Shown here in pieces: positions 49,545-60,200 of a stretch of 64,000 nt of DNA. A program made the position numbers and the translations under genes. This DNA comes from Zygnema circumcarinatum SAG 698-1b. Its lineage: Eukaryota; Plantae; Zygnematophyceae. Where the stretch lies: NCBI GenBank assembly GCA_037447605.1, contig CM074817.1:124001-188000 (forward strand), written 5' to 3'. The first letter of the stretch is position 1, and each line of letters starts with the position of its first letter. The notes under the pieces were generated by a model, which saw only the letters and a list, made by a program, of their open reading frames with translations, was not told where the DNA came from and ran no database searches.

Positions 49545-51176
49545 GGCGCTGGATATTTGGAATTGCTTGCCACTAGTTCTGCAACAGTTAGGAAATTGCC
49601 CTTCGCCATCGTCTATGGAATATGATGTCCAAATATTTTCAGCGATTCGACGAGACACGTCGAAGTTGAAGTAGGCGTGAGGGGCTTGAAGGGCTCGCTA
49701 GGTGCATGTTGTGTGCACCTCAAAGCTGTGCTTTAGAGCTACTTTTCCTTTTTAATCAGACTGTATTTGAACGCTTGCGGACATCGTACAATAGTTTCGC
49801 CCTTTACTCCTAGGAGCGTTTTAATCCGGCAATATTAGAAATAGTATTGTTTAGAGTTAGGCTTCGCACACACGAGAAATAGATCTCCCTCATGGTGACG
49901 GAAGGTCTGCCAACACGGTCAGCTTCGGCATATGACAGATTAATTACAAATGTAGGTTTTTGAAAAGGTCCTTTTGGTTTTTTGTACAGTCATTGCCCTT
50001 GTGAGAAAAGACAAGAGATTCCGAAACAATTCCATGTTTTCAACTAGTTTACATTTTGGCTGGCTTGGCTTAAAGGGTGCACGCAGTTTTGCATGTCTTG
50101 TTTTGATCATCTATTGAAGACTCCACGTCGCTTCGTCCTAAAATTACAACAGCAGAGATACTTGTTTTTTTTTTTTTTGTTTTGGTTGGAATGTCCCTCC
50201 GCGGTTTACACCCCTTCAGTTTGCAAATGGCACTGTACCCTTAGCTCAACAGCACCGCGCAATTCAGCGCCAGTCGAAAGCGAGTCCCTTCGAGACGAAA
50301 AAGGAAACTGAGAAAAGCATATTAGGAAAATGCATATTGACCGACCATGCCTGGGTTTAATTATTTTAAATTTTGTGTACCTGTTCATTCCGAAATTTTG
50401 CCTTTAGTTGTGCGGTCAGCCCTGGCTTGGCGGCTTTGGAACAGCTTTTCACGGCGAAGCCTTTGACGATGAGTTATCAACTTTGTTGGAGAACGTTGGC
50501 AATCACAAGGCGCAGGAAAGACTATAGCGGAAGCAAAGCTAATACGTGTAGACTTTATTATGCAGAGCCCGTCAGACGTGAGTACCGCGGTAAAGTCTTC
50601 ACCGGTGAATTACTAATTGTTCTATCACGTCTTGTCACTATTGAAAAAGACGGAGTGGACATTGTACGATCAAAGTGAGGACAGAGAGAGTTGACACAAA
50701 AAGACAGATGTGTGATTAACGTGGTACAGTGTACAATGTCCTAATCTGTTTTATATACATTGCGGCTAGAGCTACGCGACAAAAGAACGTGGAACTAGCC
50801 TGAGCAAAGGGCGGCCGGGTGTGAAGCACAGAGCCGCAAAGGTACAACTAAACTAACAAAAAAAGTACAAGCTAAAGGTACAGCCAGGTGTAAGTACACG
50901 TTGCTAGGAAAACGACAAAAGAGTACGAGAAAACTGAGAATGTCGGATTCTCAACACTCCCTCTCATTCGAAAGTGTGGAGTCCAGGAGCCGATGGTCAA
51001 AGCTGGCCGATGTGCGCCTTGGTAAGAAAATCACCTACGTTCGCTACCGGGTAGGACGTTAGGAGGAAGGTAAGGGTGTCGTCTTCGATCTTGTCCCTAG
51101 TGAAGTGGAACTGAATGTCGATGTTTTTGGTACGTTGATGGTGCACGGGGTTTTGCATGAGGGCAAGGGCACCTTG

Positions 51177-51620
51177 TGTAGCGAAACGCTATACATGGGT
51201 TGTATGGCCGAGTACTTACATCCGCGGTTGCCTTCTAATGGTAAAGCACTTAGGTGAATACCGGGAGGTCCTGAGTTCAAACCCTGCTGCAGGCAGGTTC
51301 GTTACATTGGTATCAGAGCCTAAGGACTGGTATTTGCAATCCACCCTAAAAACACCGTGATCTCTGAGCATGGTACGGTTGGCCAGAGGGTCTGAATCGT
51401 ATATTTGTGCATATGTTGAAGGAGCTTGAACGCTGCTCGTGAAAAACCTTGACTGCGCTCGAGGACGAGCCCGGTTTAGGTGGGGAGGAATGTAGCGAAA
51501 CGCTATACATGGGTTGTATGGCCGAGTACTTACATCCGCGCTTGCCTTTTAATGGTAAAGCACTTAGGTGAATACCGGGAGGTCCTGAGTTCGAACCCTG
51601 CTGCAGGCAGGTTCGTTACA
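51177..51620 (+). mobile_element. TRIM (444 bp) with 130-bp LTRs (51177-51306, 51491-51620) that contain a tRNA-like module; inserted in the RNase H of D
   Basis: Perfect TSD CCTTG; TG...CA ends; PBS TGGTATCAGAGC at 51308-51319; PPT AGGTGGGGAGGAA; the LTRs differ at 3 positions; no ORF. Confidence 0.95.
51540..51608 (+). other. tRNA-like sequence within the TRIM 3' LTR (equivalent at 51226-51294 in the 5' LTR)
   Basis: GCTTGC/GCAGGC acceptor-like pairing, D-loop-like TAATGGTAAAGC, and AGGTCCTGAGTTCGAACCC with a B box (GTTCRANNC). The cloverleaf is imperfect, so this is not a functional tRNA. Confidence 0.75.
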
Positions 51621-54600
51621 CCTTGAGAGTCCGTGAAGACGGTGGTAGCGTGAGGGGGGGGAAAAGTGAGGTTGGAGAGGAGGGATCGGAGCCAAACAAC
51701 CTCTTTGGCAGCAGTGGAGGCGGCCATATACTCTGCTTCAGTGGAGGATGTGGCCACCGTAGGCTGCTTCCGAGAGGACCATGAGATAAGGCCACTGCCC
51801 AAAGAAAAACACGAGCCAGTAACCGAACGCCTTGTGTCGGGGTCACTGCCCCAGTCAGAGTCACAAAAGCCAACAAGGGTGGGGGAGCCAGAGGAGAAGG
51901 TAAGGCTCAGGGCCTTGGTGCCCTGAAGGTAACAAAGGACACGCTTGGCAGCGCTGAAGTGAGCAGGGGAGGGGCGGTGAAGGTATTGGCTGAGCTGCCG
52001 GACGGCGGCAGCTAGGTCGGGCCGAGTACACATCATTGCATACATAAGGGATCCCACGATGGATCGGTAAGTGGCATGCTCCGTGGGGTCGGGGGAGCCA
52101 ACCACAAGGGAGGTAAGGTGAATGTGGGCGTCCAGGGGGGTGGAGATGGGGTTGCAAGCGGCCATCCCAAATCGGTCAAGGAGATTGGAAACATATTTTT
52201 CCTGACTGAGGTGAAGGGTCCGAGCAGCCCGATCTCGAATGACGTGAATCCCGAGACACCATTGCAGTTCGCCGAGGTCGGTCATGTCAAAGTGGCTGCG
52301 AAGGAGCTGTTTGACAGCCGAAATGGGGGGAAGGGAGGGACCACAGATGATTAGGTCATCAACGTAAACCGCAAGGATAGTGAGGGTCTGACCGTGGCCA
52401 CGAAGATAGATGCTGAAATCGGCTTCGATGCGAGTGAAGCCGCTTGNNNNNNNNNNGTGACATACCCGTCGGGTTGGCGCATAAAAATCGTTTCTTGAAG
52501 GTCCCCGTAGAGGAATGCGGTTTTGACGTCCATCTGGTGAATTTCCCAATCGTGGGTGGCGGAGAGAGCAAGGAGGACGCGAATGGAGGTGAATTTGGCC
52601 ACCGGGGCATAAGTTTCGGTGAAGTCGATGCCTTCAAGCTGAGAGAACCCCTTGGCTACAAAACGGGCTTTATAGCGGTCAACCGAGCCGTCGGATTTTT
52701 GTTTGTTGCTGAATACCCATTTGGAGCCGATGGCGCGACGACCGGGTGGGAGGGGGACAAGGTCCCACGTGTTGTTTTTCTGAAGGGAGAGGAATTCAGC
52801 ATCAGCGGCAGCTTTCCAGAGGGCGGCGTCAGGGGTGCGAAGGGCGGCAGCAAAAGTAGGCGGGGCAGATGAGGAGGCGACGAAGGCCATGGCGGAGGAA
52901 AGGAGGGCATGGGCGGCAGTGTCGATAATTTTCCACGTGGGTCGTCGATCGCGAGTGCCATGGCGGGGGGCAGGGCCGGGGGGAACCGGAAGGGAGAGGG
53001 CCGGAGGGCGGGGTGGCGGGGAGGCCGCGACCGGTGGAAAGGGGAGGGGAAGTCGGGGAGGCGGGAGAGAGTGCTGAGGGGGAGGAGGGGGCTGGGCCGC
53101 AGTGCAGGGGAGGGTTCCGCGCCCGGCCTCGGTGACAACTGAACTCCCTCTGACAGAAGAGGGAGGGTCGAGAGAGAGATGAGGGGAGGGAGGGGGGAGC
53201 GGGAGGGGGGTTGAATGGAGGGACGTGAAGTACCCAAAGAGAGGGAAAGGGAGCGGCGATGAGGGCGGGGAGAATAGGAATGTCGGTGGCCAATGGGGGA
53301 GCGGCTGCGGGGGGGGGAGGTGAATGATATCCAACGGTCACATAGGTGGGGGAATCGTACGGCGCAAGATTGGGATTCGGCGGGGAGGAAGTCGGCGGGT
53401 GTACGGACGTGGTCGCTGGCAAATGAAGCTGCGCGACGAGCCATGGATGTCGACGTCGCGCAAAACACAGCTCAAACTCATCGCACAGACACCAGACTCG
53501 ATCAGCCCTACAACGTGAGCGCGTGTCCCACAGGAGAGTGCCGCGTGGCCTCGCGTCCCCATTGGCACGGCTGGACGGGGTTTTTGTGCCAGGCCTGGCA
53601 CCAGAGCTGCGGAGGTGGGAAAGCAAAGGTGCCGTCCCTCCCAGGCCTCGTAGGGATTGTTGTGAGGAAGGGCAGAGGTGGGAGAAAGGTTCCGAAGGTA
53701 AGTGGCCGTGGAGATGGCTTCCGCCCAGAAGGCCATAGGGAGGTCGGCAAAATGAAGCATAGAGCGAGCCATGTCAAGAATGGTGCGGTTAAAGCGCTCG
53801 GCGACTCCATTTTGCTGGGGGGTGTAGGGAGCGGTAGTCTGATGGGTGATGCCGTGAAGGCGAAGGTATTTGGAGAAGGCGGTGGACATAAACTCGCCGC
53901 CGTTGTCAGTGCGGAGGGTCTTGATGCGGCGACCGAGAAGGGTCTCTGCACGGGCTTTGAACTCTTGGAAGCGGGAGAAAACGTCAGACTTGTGAGCGAT
54001 GGGAAAAACATGGGAAAAATGAGTCGCTTGGTCAATGAAAGTGACAAAGTATGATGCGCCGCCGAGGCTAACATCGCGCATAGGGCCACAGACATCAGAA
54101 TGAATGAGTGCCAGAGGCTCAGAGACAAGGGTGGAGCTTGAGGGAAAAGGCAATCTGGTCATTTTTCCTTGAATACAGCCGGAACAAAAAGCTAACTTCT
54201 CGGTAGAGAAGGAGTCTAAGCCTAACACTAAGCCCTGGCCGAGAGTTCTGAGGCTGCTTTCAGCAAGGTGGCCAAAACGGAGATGCCACCGAGCAAAGGT
54301 AAGGGGGGGGTCAGTGGTGTGAGCATGGGCGTGCCCAAGGGAGGCTGCAAAAGAGGTAAGGGAAAATAAGCGGCCGGTTTTGCGGCCGTGCCCAACTACA
54401 GCTTCTGGGGTGAAGAAAGAAACCCCGTCTGGCCTAAAAAGAGTTGAAATGCCTAAAATCAGGATGGAGGCTACTGAAAACAGATTCTTCGCTAGTCCAT
54501 CCACCAGGTAGACGTCATCGATGATGAAGCGCTGGCCGTCAATTAGAGTGGAAACCTGGCCGACATGCGTGGAGCGAAGGAGCGGTTATCCTGCAAATGG

Positions 54601-56365
54601 TCATGGGAGAGGAGAGAGCCAGAGAACCAGCCACGACGAAAGGTTAGATGAGATGGGAGGCACCCAGTCAACAAGCTGAAGTTGAGGGAGAGAAGGGTCA
54701 TACCTAAAAGGGTCCGCGGCCACAAAGGCGTGACTGAACTTGGAGCACCGTAGACGACACCCCGTGGGGTGGAGGTGGGCCGGGGGGGAAGCCGGGGTGA
54801 GCGAGGGTGTACGGCGGGGCGGTGGCCCGCGGAAACCAAGGGAGCGAGGACGTGAGGGAGAGGGGCCACGCAAGCTGTACGACAGGTTCAGCGGGGCTCG
54901 GGTCGAGGGGGCCAATCGGAGGCGCCGCGACACCGCTGCGCCAGCTGGGTCAGGCACGACGGCGCTGGAGCCGGCGTGCCTCCTTTTTGGCCAGAGCGGC
55001 AGTTGTCCTTTCACGTGAGTCTGTTCCCTCGCAATATTGACAAAAAAAGCGCCGATGTACTTGGACGCAGGTCATATCCAAGAGCGCGGACGTGTGGGAG
55101 GGACCTGGAGGTGGAACCCCTCCTCCTCGCCAAAAGAGGGTCGGCGAGACCAGCGACGGTTAGTGAGATCGAGGCAGCATCAATGGACGAGATGAAGGAC
55201 CGGAAAGAGTCGGGCAGCCCGCCTAAAAGATTACAGATGATCTCATCATCATGAACTACGCAATCAATGCTGCGAAGCCGTCTAGCAAAGGATTTGACGC
55301 GGTCAGTATATGTCAGCATGGTTTCAGAGGATTCCTTTACGCAGTTAGTGAAGGCACGCCGCAAACGGAGTTTGTGAGACCACTTCCGAGGTTCGTACGC
55401 ATTGGTCAGAAGAGTCCAAGCGTCGTGGGAGCTGGTGGCGTCACGGACGTGTCCGATGAGACTGCGCTGAATGCCGAGTGTGATGCGGAGAAACGCCTTC
55501 TTGTCGCGTTTTGTCCAATCGGCGATCTCCTTCGCGCGTGCAGCCAAGGCGGCCGCGTCGGCGGTGGAGGGAAGTGGCAAAGGACAGGTCTCTAGACCAG
55601 TAACGACAGACCACAGATTCTCTTCCTAAAAAAGCAGCTGGCACTGAAACTTCCAGTCGTGCCAGTTTGTCCCATCAAATTTTTCAAGCGCATTTGAGGC
55701 ATGAGTGGNNNNNNNNNNACAAAAAGACAGATGTGTGATTAACGTGGTAAAGTGTACAATGTCCTAATCTGTTTTATATACATTGCGGCTAGAGCTACGT
55801 GACAAAAGAGCGTGGAACTAGCCTGAGCAAGGGCGGCCGGGTGTGAAGCACAAAGCCGCAAAGGTACAACTAAACTAACAGAAAAAGTACAAGCTAAAGG
55901 TACAGCCAGGTGTAAGTACACGGGGCTAGGAAAACGACAAAAGAGAACGACAAAACTGAGAATGTCGGATTCTCAACAGTCACGACTGACTGCTCATTCC
56001 CAAAGGCACTGATAAGGGATCCAAGAATCATCACGGGCAATGCAGCGCAGTCCACGGTGGAGTGCCGGCGGCCCGTTGCAGGCGCATGCACGCGAGGCAG
56101 CAGGTGTACGGCCAGATTCGAGGCGCACTCACGCGCACTTAGGGACGATTCAAGGATCCCAATCCGCCCAGGAATCAACGACCGTAATGCCCAATCGAAT
56201 GGGCAACAAACTCAGCAAGAAATAGGGGGAGTCAGACCTTGACCATCGCCAAATCAATTTCGCCAGCCCGTCGGGCCAATTCTGCTTTGTACGGCAGGCC
56301 TTTTTCGCCAAAAGTGGACGTGCGACAGACTCGGGCGTCACGAATTCAAGAAAGCAATTATTTTA

Positions 56366-56529
56366 GGGTAGTGATATTTCCACCCCTTTTTTGGATCCAA
56401 ACACCCCTTCCCGGCCGGGCAGATTTCAAAAAGGATTAAAAACGTAAAATGCCTTTTTCACACCTTTTTGGAATCGATACCACCCTCCATCGGCAGATTT
56501 TATTTCTGCGAAACAAGGAAAATGATAAC
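56366..56529. mobile_element. Left TIR of a second member of the 43602-44540 foldback family (cut by a gap)
   Basis: GGGTAGTGATATTTCCACCCC...GGAAAATGATAAC is colinear with 43602-43768. Confidence 0.85.
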
Positions 56530-56539
56530 NNNNNNNNNN

Positions 56540-57297
56540 ATGAAACACAGGGTTCTCCATGAGGGCTATAGATGACTGGTTGTCCGTAAAAAGAGTCAAT
56601 GGTGTTTGTGGTTGCTTACATTCATCAAAGAAATGTTGGAACCACATCCCCTCCTTCGCTGCGTGGCACGCTCCCATGTACTCTCCTTCGGTGCTCGACA
56701 GCGCCACCGAATCTTGTAACTTCGAGCTCCATGAGATCGCGCCTCCTCCGTTCAAGAACACAAATCCTGACGTCGATCGTGACGTGTTCACGTCACCTCC
56801 CCAATCTGAGTCGGTGTATCCGATCACTCTAGTCGGCCCCCTCTCAAACCTGAGGCCGTAATCCAAGGTCCCTTTCACGAATCTGAAGATCCGCTTCACG
56901 GCCTCCCAATGTTCAGGACCGGGATTCTCCATGAACCGACTTGCTGAGCTCACGGCTTTTGCCAAGTCAGGACGAGTACCTATCATCAGATACATTAAAC
57001 TCCCGATTGCCGATCTGTACGGAACTCCGTACATTCTCTGTACCTTCGCATCTGTCGCAGGACCACCCTCCGACAACGTGTTCGATCTCCATCGGATCTT
57101 GAGAGGACGGCATTTTCCCACATTTTGAGCTGCAAGGACATCTGTGGAATTTCTTTGACAAGTAAACAAGCGCCGTCCTGCCCTCTTCAACTGCATTCCT
57201 AGGAGATACTGTGCCTCCCCTAGATCCGACATTTTGAAGTTAGCTTCCAAAAGCTGTTTCAAATCATTGATTCTCTCCAATGAGAGGCTCACCATTA
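56540..57297 (-). mobile_element. Copia (family C-like) RT C-terminus/RNase H fragment, interrupted by G2
   Basis: IMVSLSLERINDLKQLLEANFKMSDLGEAQYLLGMQLKR is nearly the same as element C; YTDSDWGGD...SWSSK...STEGEY. Confidence 0.9.
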
Positions 57298-60200
57298 TGT
57301 AGCGAAACGCTACAGTCACCCCAAGGGGGAAGGGTTACTTAGAGCCCGGCGTGGCTTTATGTTTCCATCCAATGCAGTACCTAACGGTTAGAGCATCGGA
57401 TACCCTATAGGACGACGGAGGTCCTAGGTTCGAACCTTAAGAACTGGTTCACCAGTGGGGCCGCCACATAATCTCTATGGGCCCCACGTCAGCGGCCAAG
57501 GTCCCCTCCTCTCAGCGTAGAGGAGGATCACGGGCTAACGGCACCACGGGACCAATCCGGCTCCCGTGCCATCTGCGGCCCACGCCCGGACCCCTTGCCC
57601 ATCCTCGCCGTCCCTCATGCTGACCTGTCACCGCATGCACGACCAGTTGCCAGTCGGACCCGTGTCGGGCAGGGATCGGGTTGTGAGGGCTGACTCACGT
57701 GGTGGGTGCCGACGGTGTGTGCCGTGGAATGCGGCGAGCACCTCGGGCACGCTGTACACCCTTGACCCATGCAGGTCAGAGAGGGACACGTGGCAGTTTG
57801 CCATTGGACAGCCCGCTTCCAACTCTCTCCAGGCGCTGATGACTCAGTTGGGAAGTGGCAGAGGGTGGCGGGACTGTCGGATCACCACAGACTGGATACG
57901 AGTTGGGTGCCCATCCTGGGGCTGTCCCCACTCCTGAAGGCGCTTCCTCCTCTCTCCCTCAGCTGAACTCTGAGAGGTGTTCCGCCGGATGTAGGGTTAC
58001 ATTTCAGCCGCGACATTTGGATCAGAGCAGGTTTTCGTTTTCTTTTTGGAAGGAACCTGCCGGTCATGGTGACCACTCGGCCGGGTTGGTGGACCCGGGC
58101 CTCGGAGCCACCCTCACTACCCCCGGGACGAGTGCATGCAGCAGCATTCGGGACCCCGCCACCATCCCATGGAGGGGCCCAGTCCCAGCCCACGGATGAC
58201 GACACCACCCAACCGCCTGCCCCTCTCCCGTGCCACCGGAGCGCCGGCTCCGGCAGAACCTCGCCGATTCATGATTCGTGGCCCACATCACGGTGGGCGC
58301 TTCCCTGAAGATGAAGAAGAAGATCGACGACCTGGGAGCGGATGTAAGGCAGCAGCGCGTCGCCACCATGGCCTGTACGAGGCAGGTGGACGACATGGAG
58401 CTCACGGTCCGCCGCTTGGTGGACACGCTCCAAATGGAGTTCCGGGGCCTTGCGGACAGGCTCCGGAGGATCGAAGAAGGTATGCCTCGAACCCCCCCCC
58501 AGGCTGTAGAGACAGTAGATGCGGCGGGTCCTGGGGAAGGGGTTAGGCACACCACCGCGGTAGCATCGTCGCTACCGGCGTCCCAACCGGCTGCCGGAAG
58601 CAGCCGGCAGAGATCTGGACCCCCTGTTGATTCAACGGGGGGGAGTCACCCCCATGGGGGTGGCGAACCACCCAGCAGTGGGGGACCCCCGTCGGGGGCA
58701 GCTGCTGGGGGCGGAGGAGATCCCAGTCCTCGGACTGCTCCCCCGCAACCTACTGAGGATGCCCGACGGAATCGGGCCAAAGTGGCCCCGCTTTCCTTTT
58801 GGGGCGAACATCCTACCACGGACTGCTCGATTGAGCAGTGGTTGGGTCAAACGAAGGGTTACCTTCTGGCGACCAACTGTCCCCCCCTCCAGTGGGTAAG
58901 CTTTGCTTACCCAGCACTCAGAGGAGCCGCATACCGTGTGTATGAGGGCCTCTCTGATGAGATTGGGGACGATTGGGATAAGTTCAGAGATGAACTTATC
59001 AATCACTTTGGGGCCTTGGATCCCGGCTTGGAGGCCCGGGATAAATTTCAGAACATGGTCCAAACCGGCAGTGTCAAGCAGTTCCTGCGAGACTGCGCGA
59101 GCTGTCAAACCTCACTTACAGCCTGTCAGCCCAGTTCCTCTCTCACTTCAGAATGGCTTGAAGCCACCTGAGGAAGCAGTTGAGAGTGAGCTCAGAGACT
59201 CTGAAATGTGGGACCGCCAGCCCAAGCCTGTACTTTGATGAGCCATTCAGTTGGAGATTGCCTGCAGGCGATGCAGGCCCTTCCCGACCCCAGCAGAGGT
59301 CGGGCGACGTGACAGGGTCGTGGAAGGCGGGACCCTCAGCTCCTGCCAAGATGGCAGGAAAGAACAAGCGGAAGCAGCCGGAAGTGGCTGCCCGCCCACC
59401 CACTGCACGGCCGCAGAAGTTGACTCCAGAGGAAATGGAGAAGATGCAGCGGGAAAACAAATGTTTCCGTTGCCGCAAGGAGGGGCATAAGGCCCGAGAT
59501 TGCCCTCTGAACTCCAAGGACAGGAAGGGCAAGGGGCCGGAAAACCCCAACCCACCAGCAGTTTAGGAGTCGCTGCTGGTGGAGTAAGCAGGTTAGGGGA
59601 TGGGAGGACAGTTGCCGTCAATGTTAAGGGACTTTTGTGGCTTAGGTCCACGGACATGCTTAACTTGTTGGGCAGGCCTTTGGGGGTGCACGATCTCGTT
59701 GTGTGTCATGCGCTTCCTGATTCCATGTCCTTTTCCCCTGCCACCCGGCGGTGATCCCTCTAGGTTTGATGATGATCATGTTGTGCCAGCATGTTTCAGC
59801 TCTAAGATGGGATGATGTCTTAGCATGAGATGTGCCATGGATGCCTGTTGCCCTGTGTACTTCCCACACACCAGGGGTGTGCTGGTTTGACTCCTGGCAA
59901 GGTAAATTTTTTGACGCTGACTGCGGTTGGTGAAACAGCTGAGAAAAGGGCACAAGTTAGTGCAAACGATGGAAGGATCCACCAGTTCACTGGTTGGATC
60001 CCCCTACACCTTGGTGTGGAGGACGGCTCGTCCTCAACCCTCGCATATAGTGCGATCTATGTTCCATCTTGCCCATCGTGCCATGACCTTCATCGGGTCG
60101 GCCAATGGCCACCCAGCAGTTCTACTGCTAGATACTGGGGCAGATTCTAACTTTGTTAGTTCTGCGTTCACCCAGAGATTTGGGTTGACCACAGATCCCC

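Larger units (their letters stand above)
50639..55978 (-). mobile_element. Ty1/copia family D, near full length (LTRs 50639-50956 and about 55719-55978; PBS probably in the gap 55709-55718)
   Basis: TSD GTCAC (50634-50638 and 55979-55983); gag WTKRDKKAFLRI; WHLRFGHL; IHSDVCGP; LRTDNGGEF; YKARFVAKG; YVDDL; FCDSDWG; PPT GAATGAGAGGGAG. Confidence 0.93.

Noticed and set aside
51226-51294. Functional tRNA gene (GAA loop suggests Phe)
   Set aside because: The D-, anticodon- and T-stems are imperfect and the sequence is part of an LTR; recorded only as tRNA-like, isotype unassigned.
52829-53468. Pro-rich ORFs resembling extensin
   Set aside because: This is the Pro/Ser-rich linker between integrase and RT of copia D and its alternative frames.
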